Below, one piece after another: positions 1 to 11,900 of a DNA stretch of 64,000 nt; position 1 is the first letter of the stretch; each line of letters opens with the position of its first letter. This stretch comes from Ylistrum balloti. Its lineage: Eukaryota. The position numbers and the translations under genes were made by a program. Under the pieces are notes generated by a model. It had not been told where the DNA came from and did not search any database. It was given only the letters and a program-made list of their open reading frames with translations. The stretch covers positions 992,001 through 1,056,000 of the forward strand of contig NW_026781970.1 in the NCBI RefSeq assembly GCF_031769215.1, in the 5' to 3' direction.

Positions 1-635
1 TCTGCTACTTTTTATTTATTCTTCAATTAGATGTTTACGTAATAGGATCTGAAACCAGTTGAAAATAAAGGCTAGGATATTGATGTGACTTGTTAGGACA
101 TCATTCTCACTATACATCACACAATGAGCTACATTTCAGATTTAGAAGATCATTTACTTTTTGTACGGGGTTGTAATTTTTAAAACATTAACGACATTAA
201 ACTGACAATATAACATGTTTTGTGTATACGCATGGATGACATCGTACATGTCAATGTTAACTGGCATGTGATACTCTCAAACATTGAAGTGGAAAATAGT
301 AATAAATTTCACTAATGATTTGGATAGTCAACAATAGTTGTGTCATCATTATTTTGCGGTTAAACTGGCACCTGTTTATTACTTATATCCAGGAAATTCT
401 GGTGTAATGCGCCACTTACGGGTCTATTTCACAACTTTTAGACCCGATGTTTGACGTAACATGCATGCCATATACAGAATGTAAAGCAGATACTGTATTT
501 CTTCTTAAACTTGATGTTGTTCCAAAATTATCAGATATATGAATTGAATAATAAGGCTATTTTACACCCCCAATCTAGATTTTGACATTTCTTTCGACCT
601 CAGTCGCCTTCTAGGTTTCCAAGTTTAAGCCCTTA

Positions 636-680
636 GCATCACTGACGAGTCCTAGAGGGACGAAAGAGCTGTATGCCTGT
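636..680 (+). ncRNA. Hammerhead-ribozyme-like core, degenerate (resembles Penelope-like element minimal hammerheads)
   Basis: gcatca-CTGACGA-gtcc(tagag)ggac-GAAA-gagctg-ta; core and stem II are perfect, stem I and III pairing is poor. Confidence 0.5.
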
Positions 681-1569
681 TTGGAAGTTTTGCAGCTGAT
701 GTGCAATGTCCTATTCGGTTTACCCTTACGCGGCAAGTTGGAAATATTTCGCTAGGTTCAAAGTTTATGGTCGGATCTGACCTGACCGCTTTCGCCTGAA
801 TTTAAATAGCTCACCCAGCTTAAAATTTGTCGTCCGATTAAAAAAAAAAATTGAAATGTTTTTTCGCATTTTTATCATTTAAAAAAAAAAAATCTGTTTG
901 TTAGTTTTATAATGTATTATAACGTTATCTATCTACTCGCATTACAAAGATGATAACACGAATACATTGATAATAAATCCAATAAAATGAGTAGTCACGG
1001 ATACAAGCTGTATAGTCACGATGAAGTTAATCGCCCATCCGACCTTAAATATTCTATTAGGTTAATAATTTCAGGCGAAAACCAAAACAACACCATTGAG
1101 ATTTTATCTCATAAACTTGTTTTGAATCATCTCCTTTATTAAGAAGTAACGAGAATTCGAATGATATTTCGTGCTATACAATTATATGCTACCTTGTCGA
1201 GTCGGGTTTTCCATGCATGACATACCGATGTGTATTTATATGGCATAATACGTGTCCTGAATACACATTGTATTTCTCATAGAACGATTATATTACTGCT
1301 TTTATATCACTCGTTACTGCAGGGTCAAGCTTGGACGATATCTCGGCCAACAGGCTTGTATTATTCGGAACTTTACCTAGGTTTCTTAGAAAATATGTAT
1401 AAGTGAATCATTTTTAATTGAAATATTTCATGAATTTAAAATAATGAGTTTCAAATCAGCACCTAATCAGACTGTAAGTGTTTTTGATACAACACTAAGA
1501 ACCAAGACTAGGTATGATCAAATGAAGATCCAAAGGTGGATTAAAATCCCTCTGAGACTTAACTCTAAC

Positions 1570-2460
1570 AATCCGCACTAGGTATCATCACACTGACACT
1601 ACACGCTCTAGGTTCGACCACACTTACACCCAACACTACATTTCATCACACTTACACCCCAAACTAGGTAGAGTCACACTTACACTCTACACTGTGTATG
1701 GTATCACACTGACACTCCACACTAGGTGGGATCACACTTACACTCTACACTGTGTATGGTATCACTCTGACACTCCACACTAAGTATAATCACACTGACA
1801 CCCCACACTAGGTAGGGTCACACTTACACTCTACACTGTGTATGGTATCACTCTGACACTCCACACTAAGTATAATCACACTGACACCCCACACTAGGTA
1901 GGGTCACACTTACACTCTACACTGTGTATGGTATCACCCTGACACCCCACACTAGGTAGGGTCACACTTACTCTCTACACTGTGTGTCGTATCACCCTGA
2001 CACTCCACATCTCGTATAATCACACTGACACCCCAAACTAGGTATGGTCACACTGACACTCCAACACTACGTATGATCATATTTAGACTCCACACTACGT
2101 ATGATCACACTGAGACTCCACACTACGTATGATCACACTGAGACTCCACACTTCGCATGATCACACCGACACTCGACACTACGTATGATCACACTGACAT
2201 TCCACACCTCGTATAATCACACTGAGACTCCACACTACGTATGATCACACTGACACACCAAACAAGGTATTATTACACTGACACTCTACACTACGTATGA
2301 TCACACTGAGACTCCACTCTACGTATAATCACACTGACACTCAACACTAGGTATAATCACACTGACACTCCACACTACGTATGATTACACTGAAACTCCA
2401 CACTACGTATGACCACACTGAGACTCCACTCTACGTATGGTCACACTGAGACCCGTACAC
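1570..2460. repeat. Minisatellite, about 28 bp unit (gatcacactgagactccacactacgtat), roughly 30 copies
   Basis: Period of 28 visible at 2103 and 2131; 86 bp higher-order unit at 1811 and 1897. Confidence 0.9.
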
Positions 2461-2890
2461 CACAGGATGATCATATATTTTAGAAAGACCGCGGACTATT
2501 TCAGGCCGCTCACGGATTTTCCACTTTTTTTTCATTCGGAATCACGACTTTACTTTTGATCGACAGGAATTGTGATGATGACCATGATAGCTTAAAATAT
2601 TCAGAAGTATTGATGGTATTACTTCGTTATTAACAAATATGTTTGTGTAAATCAGTCCGAGTAGTCTTCTTTTTCTCTAAACATGATATTCACTACTGGA
2701 GCTCTATTGATATTTGTCTAATATTTGAATTTCAGATTTAGCTTTCCGTTCACTGAACGAGATCCTAGTGGGACACACGATTGGAAGAACTCAGCGTTGT
2801 TCGTGAAATATGTGTATTAAGAAAGCCTATCGTGGATGTGACATAATATGGTAGTTACATTACAATTGAAAAAGCAAAGTAAAGCGTAGC

Positions 2891-2992
2891 ATGGCTACCA
2901 ACACTGTGGACGATTTGTCTACTTTAGATCATTTTGACAACGATATTCTACTGCAAGTACTGGAGGAAAGGTACAACAAGGACAAAATATAT
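2891..2992 (+). CDS. Gene 1 exon 1 (MATNTVDDLSTLDHFDNDILLQVLEERYNKDKIY)
   Basis: Myosin N-terminal DDL..L...RY..D.IY pattern; in-frame TGA upstream at 2867; donor gtaagt at 2993. Confidence 0.9.
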
Positions 2993-5900
2993 GTAAGTAT
3001 TATATTATAGAAATATTTCATCATCACTGATTTGCATACACTAATAATCGTTTATACTTGTAAACTGCTCTCTGCAATTGTGACATTTCGTCACTTCGAG
3101 GTATACTTGGACTGTACTTGAACTACACGTACACGTATATATTTGGGTGTTCGGACTATGCAACGGAAACGCACTTGCTTTTTATCTAGAAAAGACATAA
3201 GGTCACCTGACCAGGTGGACTTTCCAGGGGTGTTCCGGTCTCTGTCCTCAGTTACATCCCTCATGGGCTTCGATCCATTCCTCGATAGTGACGAATATGA
3301 TTTGAAAGTTCGTTTCACAATCATGGTAAAGTAAATTGAATTTATAGTTTATAGGCCGTAAAGGTTGCAAATTCTGCATGATCAGCTGACAAAATACTGT
3401 GTCAAGGAACAATATGCATTTAAACATAATTAATATTTTACCGATGAAACAGAATATGATAACTCTTTTGAAACACCCTGTCATATTTTAATTGTTTGTT
3501 TTAAAATGTCCCCTGTCTATTATTTGTTCTAATTCTTTCGATATTTTCTGTCTTTTATCAACTTCTGTAATATTTCAATTTAGTGACAATGTCTTTTTAT
3601 CTCTTGAATAATGTTTAGTATCCAATAGCGATATGTTATATTGATTAATATATATCAGGATATAACTTATCACCAAATAAGACATAATAAATAGTGTTCA
3701 TTCTCTGTCTAATTTGTGTAACAATACAATATTTTTCAACAAGACAGTGTAAAAAACCACCTTGATACACGCGAGGAAATACCAGGAAGTGGGTAGATTT
3801 TCGTTCTTCGTCTCTAATTACATTTTTTTTTGTTTTACATTTTTATGTATCATAATGCCTGAAGCGGTATCAGATACCAAGCATATTTTCTTGTTCAAAT
3901 TAAAAATAAAAAATCATACAGTTACGTGGCTTTGATGATATCACACGAGACTAGTCATTTTCGGACAAAAACAGAGCAGCATTTTTGGACATGACTTCGA
4001 GTCGATGGTCGGATTTGTCAGCGCTGTTTGTATATTTATTTTATCATTGTGAAAGGACACTATGACAGATTCACAGCCTGTGTACATTGCGCTACTTGTG
4101 AAATGTACATAGTCCAGTCTGTCGGCTGAGACGATAGAGAAATCCTAGTACTTGGTTGGGATTTGTCAATATCACCAAATGTAAAAACGCCGTTTGTATT
4201 CACTCGTTCGTGTTTGTCTATATCAGATAACAGCCGCTGTGGCGGTTCGCTATTATTATTTTGATTTTTGAACACACAACACGAAAGAATATTTTAAATC
4301 TTTGCCTACCAGGCTGTTAATGTATTAGACATAACGAAGAAGCTGATGACATACCCGAAGAAGCGCTGATATCTGTACACAACACTTATATAAATCAACG
4401 TATCATGATGAAAGTTAAAAATCGATATCAAAAATTGTCAATGCCATTTTAAATTTGATTTGCTTTACGTATTTTTCTTTGCGTTGAAAATATATCTCAA
4501 TTTTACATTGATCTCAAGGACAGGGTTTTCTTGTGTCGACCATACCTTTTGTACGGTTTAAGATATCTTGATGAAGCGTTTATATACAACTGTAACGACA
4601 TCAACAATGAGCAACCAAAATTATCTAGGTATATCTTGACATCATAACCAGTGCACTATAATAAGATAGCCGCTTCTAAAAATGGAACTGAAAAAAAATC
4701 AAGAAATTATCACTTTCTGTTCAGTTTCTTAGACCAAGAATTTAGTAATGAACTGAAATTTTACAAATACTTTCATAATTCGAAATACAGGTCGAGTTCT
4801 TCTTTCATTCCACTCGGCTAAAATTTTCTGGAGTGATAGCCTTCAGAATTCCCTTTAAGGCAACAAAGGACCATGTCCTACTCAACATTGGAGTTCCTAA
4901 CCCATTATAGTATTATTATCCATGTAGGAGAAAAGATATCGAGATAACATCTATAGTCAGACGGCAGTTATGGACCTATAAAAGTCACAGCACGACAAGC
5001 TTTTCTGGACGAGTAGAATTAGTGCTAAGATGACTCGTATAAGCGTATTTGATTGTTAAAAAATTGAGTCTGTAATACACTTGTACCAACATTGCTATTA
5101 GATAACTCTCTTGGAGTATCATAAAAAAGACAACCATGTAATTTACATCTTCATTGCATGTTGCAGGTTTTCCTAATGTAAATAACGCCATTCTCTGTTA
5201 TATTTCTAAAATCAGAGAATTGCTTGTGTACCGATTTATACATGTATATTTTAAATATGAAGACATGAAGTTTCCATGTATAGCTGTATTTAGACAACTT
5301 TAGTAATAGCATTACCCAGAATTGCTCGATTGACTAAGAAGTGTTGATAACTAATAGCTGAAGCTACACTATAGCGAGAATGACCCATACCCCAATGTTT
5401 CAAGGGAAACTTAACAGAAACAGTGTTCACAGTTTCCCACCTACAAAGAAACAAATGTTTGCATAAGCCTTAATATGATATTATGTAAACATACTAACGT
5501 CTGCAAGTTTTACTTCCATTAACTTTTAAATGAAGATATCACATAAGATGAGATGTAAAGCTATATTTAGAAACATCTATTATAAAAAGATTTCCAATGT
5601 TTACAGTTCTTTTTTGCAATATGAGAATATTGTAATGACTGTTTGGGCGTTTTTAGTTACAGCTGCCATATATGCCATCTCATGGCGGAAACTGTGTCAA
5701 GCTGTATTTACCTACGTTATTGGACTGCATAACACAGTTGCCACACAGATAGTGTTTGTTTATCACATGTCTTTAAATCAATAAGTAGAAGGATCAACAA
5801 GCTAAATGTGATTCATTTCCTTCTGAAATGATAGAAATGGGTTGTTATCATTATTGAAGTTTTCTATTGTAATAATTCCAGTAAATATTCATAGATGTTA

Positions 5901-8900
5901 CAGTGAAACTTTTTTTAAATATCAGAAATGTTATGGTTAGTTGATTAGATCTGCTGTTTCGAGTTGAATATATATGGCAATAATTTGAGATAACTTTTTG
6001 GGGAAACACTGCTGATTATAATATTTGATCTGATTGTATGATTTTCCTGGAAATGTTACACTGTATGTTTCCTTGATCACAAGATGAATTTACCATTAAG
6101 GAGTTTTACTACATAACCAGGTTAAAAAATAGTTTGATAGGTTAGTTAGAATTTATAATACACTATGTTGTCTGCAAACTAAAGGTAAGAGAAACATGCA
6201 TTGTGAAAACAGATATCTGTTTCTAATAGGCTCAGGGACAGAAAATGCATAGTTGGATTGCAAAATGATACTAATAAATGCTATTGAACATACGAAAAAA
6301 AAACATCACTGACGAGTCCTAAAAGGACGACGCCGCTAAATGGATGCAATTAAATTTAATATCTAGCTCAGTTAGTATCTAACTTTAAATTTGTTTTGAA
6401 AAGTGATACTCATTTATGTGTCTTTTTTACAATCTTCTTAAAGTACACGTAAACAAAATAACGTGGCATGGTTAAAGAGCAACTTTTTTGGACTTTGAAC
6501 ACTGATATTCATCACACAAGCACCTGCTTCGATTTTAAGTGTTATTGTCATGACTTTGGACTCTGATTTATTATTCATTTCATATCAAGTAAATACTGAG
6601 GTAAGGTTATACAGCACTGCTGAGTGGTTTAACACAGATGTACCTAATACACACCTGATTCAAGTGAAAATAAAATAAATTCCGTTTTATCTTTCAGACA
6701 TACGTAGGAGACATCCTGATTGCTGTCAACCCGTGTTCTCCCCTTTCGATATATGGCCCTCAGGTATGACGTCAACACAAATAGAGAAGTTATATAACTG
6801 GTACCCATATCATACCGATACAAAGTGTGATTGTTCATTTCATTTAATGTTAATTCTCTTCCTAATTCTTAAAACAAAAAGTGCGCGATGCATGCAAGTG
6901 CATATCTTTAAAGATAACGATTATCATAATTTTGAAAGACTAACAACGGGACGGGAATCCGGACCCGGAATACAATGTATTCTGTTTTTACGCCTACACG
7001 TCCCACATCCCCTTGAGTTTATGACTTACTCCTCCCACGTAACAAGTACACTGAGTGAGAGCGTGTGTAAGCGTGGTCGCCGATGGTCAAATATTGTAAA
7101 TGTTTGCGAAATAAACAAAAAATCTGAAATAAAATATTTTTTTCTAAATGTGATATCAAAGGATGATATTGAACTAAAATGACTGGGAATTATGATGCTA
7201 AGAAATGATACTAAGATAAGTCACCTTCCTAACTTTGTTGGTGTCCTGTCTTTGTGTGTTAATGCTAAAAACTGACACTTAGGTAGTTCACCTTCCTCAC
7301 TTTGTAAGTGTCTTTGCCCTGCATATTAATGTTAAATACTGACACTCAGGCAGGTCATCTCCCTCACTTTGTAAGTGTCTTTGCCCTGCGTATTAATGTT
7401 AGATACTGACACTTAGATAAGTCACCTCCCTTACGTTGTTTTTGTCTTGGCCCTGCGTATTTATGTTAAATACTAACACTCAGGCAGGTCACCTCCCTTA
7501 CGTTGTAAGTGTCTTTGCCCTGCATATTAATGTTAAATATTGACACTTAGGTAGTTCACCTTCCTCACTTTGTAAGTGTCTTTGCCCTGCATATTAATGT
7601 TAAATACTGACACTCAGGCAGGTTACCTCCCTTACGTTGTTTTTGTCTTGGCCCTGCGTGTTAATGTTAAATACTAACACTCAGGCAGGTTACCTCCCTT
7701 ACGCTGTTAGTGTCTTGGCCCTGCGTGTTAATGTTAAATACTAACACTTAGGTAGTTCACCTCCCTTACGTTGTTTTTGTCTTGGCCCTGCGTGTTAATG
7801 TTAAATACTGACACTTAGGCAGGTTACCTCCCTCACTTTGTAAGTGTCTTTGCCCTGCATATTAATGTTAAATATTGACACTTAGGTAGTTCACCTTCCT
7901 CACTTTGTAAGTGTCTTTGCCCTGCATATTAATGTTAAATACTGACACTCAGGCAGGTTACCTCCCTTACGTTGTTTTTGTCTTGGCCCTGCGTGTTAAT
8001 GTTAAATACTAACACTCAGGCAGGTTACCTCCCTTACGCTGTTAGTGTCTTGGCCCTGCGTGTTAATGTTAAATACTAACACTTAGGTAGTTCACCTCCC
8101 TTACGTTGTTTTTGTCTTGGCCCTGCGAGTTAATGTTAAATACTGACACTTACGCAGGTTACCTCCCTCACTTTGTAAGTGTCTTGGCACCTCCTTGTAA
8201 TGTTTAATACTGACACTTAGATAAGTCACCTCCATTACGTTGTTTTTGTCTTGGCCCTGCGTGTTAATGTTAAATACTAACACTCAGGCAGGTCACCTCC
8301 ATTACGTTGTTTTTGTCTTGGCCCTGCGTGTTAATGTTAAATACTAACACTCAGGCAGGTCACCTCCCTTACGTTGTTTTTGTCTTGGCCCTGCGTGTTA
8401 ATGTTAAATACTAACACTCAGGCAGTGTCTTGGCCCTGCGTATTAATGTTAAATACTGACACTCAGGCAGGTCACCTCCCTTACGCTGTTAGTGTCTTGG
8501 CCCTGCGTATTCATGTTAAATACTGACACTTAGGCAAGTCACCATCCTCACTGTGGTAGTGATCTGTCCCGGTGTATTAATTGTTAATATTGACATTTAG
8601 GTAAGTCACCTTCCTAGCATTATTAATGATCTGGCCTTGGTTGCTCAATGTCTAGTTAGAGATAATGAAAACGATCCTCCTCCTCTACATTGTAGGCCTA
8701 CATCAGTCACCAGTTAACAAAGTGAAGTTAATGCAATAAATAATATCACAAATAGTATGTTAAGATAGCTCAGATTAAAAACAAATTGATGTGCATTACG
8801 TCATACGCAGGAAAGACGGAAGTATCAGGATCTGAAAGTCCGAGGAAGTCAGCCTCCACATATCTATTGGGTGGCCGATAATGCACACAGGAGTCTGATA

Positions 8901-11900
8901 GAGACTCATCTAAAGCAATGTATAGTTGTTACTGGAGACTCCGGAGCTGGTAAAACCGAGACGACCAAGTACGCTCTACAACACCTTATAAAGCGTGTTG
9001 AAAAATGTGCCGTGCCCGACCTTGTGGAAAAACTCTCTCGGGTAGGCCGATATTGTATCCTAATGTGATGAATTATTTTCTTGAAGTATGAAACGCTCAC
9101 ACAAATCTGTCTGAAGTAGAACTTAATGTACGCAATTGAATATGAAAAAAAGAGCTATTTGCATGAAATGTAAACCAACTGATTTCGGTCGTTTTTAACG
9201 CATCAGTAATTGTGTTTTTCTGTGTGTAGTCTTTGTTTTGGTAAAAGGTGAATTTCTTCATAAATGTGAGCCTGTGATATGGCTTATGTTAGATAGTAAG
9301 AGATCTTATTTTTATGACGACAGGTCAATCCATTGATAGAACTATTTGGCAACGCATCTACTGTCTTTAATCCCAACTCTAGCAGGTTTGGCAAGCTAAT
9401 AGAGTTGTCGTACTTACCGGATGGTACTCTTGTTGGAGGTAAGTTACTGAATAGGGAAATGGAATTTGTATTTCAATTATTAGTGTACATTTTTTTCCGC
9501 ATATTTTGCGAGCTTATTCGATAAAAGAAAGTAGAGAAATGAAAACCCCTAATAATATAGCTATCACAGTAAGTATCTCTTAAAACATTTTGTAAACTTT
9601 TTATTGATGTTTAGAGTAAATGGCGAAAATTGTTTTAAAATGTCGGTCTGTGTAACACGGTATTTTAATGATATATTTCTGAATATCCATTATATTCACA
9701 GGTAAACTACAGACATTTGTGTTGGAAAAATCAAGGGTTGTCTGCCATGGTCTCGGGGACAAAAACTTTCACATTCTCCATGCACTTTTCGCAGGAATGG
9801 AGGAAAACAAGCTCCAATACTACTTCATTGAAGGAGCTGCATCCTATCGGTATGCATCATGCTATAGACAAAACTACAATATAACCTTTAAAGCATTGTC
9901 AGTGTCCAAATAATAACTTGTAAAAATGTATGAGATCTATGTTTTACCGACACACTGGTCTATTATTGACCTCGGGTAGGACAAAACCTGTCTGAGTTAG
10001 ATGTGTATTCCATGGTTTGATATGTACAGTATTTAAAGACAATGTTAAGTAACCACCTATCCCTCGCAGTAATCCAGATAACAAAATAAGACCAATAAGA
10101 TAGGATGAATGATCAGTTTAGATTTAAACATATTTTATTGCATATAAATATACATAAAGGATTGGGCAGAAGTTTTCCAACTTATACTAAGCCCGTTCCA
10201 AGTAATTAGTTTTTAATGATTAGTGAATTGTCATTTGTTGATTTGGACAGTTGGACGGCGAAGATTTACTAACAAATGAAGACTTTACCTAGGCTATTTA
10301 CATTATTTACCGAAATTAATAAACAAAAAGTAAACTGAAATAGATAATACGAATTGCAAATTAAGAGAGGTCAAGTAACGAAATAACAAAACGTAATTGT
10401 ACTCCAGTATAGACCATCTAAATATCATTATTAATGTCCTATGAATAAGATTTAGTATATAAATATTAGTATCACGATTCTATTTTTAATAATTAACGTC
10501 TTAACACTAGTATTGTCATACCATTAATAAGAATTAACTTTATAGTATCAGTTATACTGTAACAACAAAAACTACCAACATACAAATCTAACCATAATTC
10601 CAATTCCAGTTCAGTAATACTAGGGCTTAACATTAACAAAGATTTACATTGAGACTTCTGTACAAAGAGAATAAGACCAATAATCAACAGGCAAATTAAC
10701 GAGCATCAAAAACGTACAGCTTTAAATTACACGAAGGAATAGAATAGTTCTCAAGAAGATCAGTATTACGAACGCAAAACTTTCCCATAATTTTCATCAA
10801 CCTGCATCTTTTTAAACTCTTGGTAACGAATTTGTTTGCCCATTAACTTCTTAATATTAGTATTTCGTTATCCCGTCAATTAATGTCGGTATCTACATAT
10901 CAGAATAACCATCCCATTAAAAATTTACCAGTACAGTTACGATAATCCATATGCTTCGTTTTAGATAAGTAGAGTAACAATTATCGAAAGAAAAGGGACA
11001 TTAACTGTGGTATTTGTACATAGTATGTTTTGTATTACTACCTGTTATTTAACTGAGACTTCTCAACCTTCTGAAAGTAGAATGATCTACTACTTGCCAA
11101 ACTGGTGTATTAACTAGATTAATGTCGAGTAAATAAAAATTAAAGTGTCACATTTTTTGTGTCGTAATAAATAAAGCGGATAACCGGGTTCGTTTCGGGA
11201 CGTTCTTGTTGACCGAATTTCAATCTCCATTGATAAATATCATATGTATAATGTGATTCGCAAGCATTCCTTTACTGGTGATCAATAGAACAACAGATCT
11301 AACGAAATGTTTACAAACTGTTACTTTTAAGAATTCTTCAAGAGGCTGGCGCAGAACCACACAACTGTTCAGGGACATTTCGAGATGCAGAAGAAGAAAA
11401 AGAATTTGCTGACAAATTCCAAGAAGGGATGTTCATTCTCGCAGAACTTGGCTTCTCTGATCAGGTTAATGTTAAGAAATGCTCTTGTACGAGAACAGTT
11501 ACACGTTTTCTCATTTAATCCCCAAGTCTTGGTAATATCTGACAATTTCTCACCTATTGTTTATTTATACTTATATACTTCGCGTTTTACCAATACCTTG
11601 TTTGAACCAGAAAATAGTTTCTCTACTCTACCTTCGAGAAATCGAGCCCGATCATTCATGACTAAGTGAAGAAGCACATATTTCATAAATCATCTTTGTA
11701 ATACTGACAGCGAAAATTTTCATCCTCTGTTATGTAGGAAGTATATCACTTGATACAGATGCTAGCTACAGTCCTTCATATCGGCAACATTGAATTCCAA
11801 GAAGATGAGGGTACTGGAGGAGTGTCTATCGTGGACGAAGTCTACGTTTCAAACGGTAAATGATGTATCTTGACTAAGATATCATATTGATGAATGGCAT

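Noticed and set aside
1570-2460. CRISPR-like appearance of the short-period arrays (also 7205-8620 and 50960-52040)
   Set aside because: The units are contiguous with no unique spacers, there are no cas genes, and the context is a spliceosomal-intron eukaryotic locus.
3091-3334. Overlapping ORFs on both strands in a GC-richer patch of intron 1, with a small hairpin (cacct-gacc-aggtg)
   Set aside because: No protein motif or phase-compatible splice sites were identified; it may be an enhancer or repeat relic but I cannot support a call.
6733-7182. 149 aa + strand ORF
   Set aside because: It overlaps exon 2 in a different frame and runs through intron 2; no recognisable domain.
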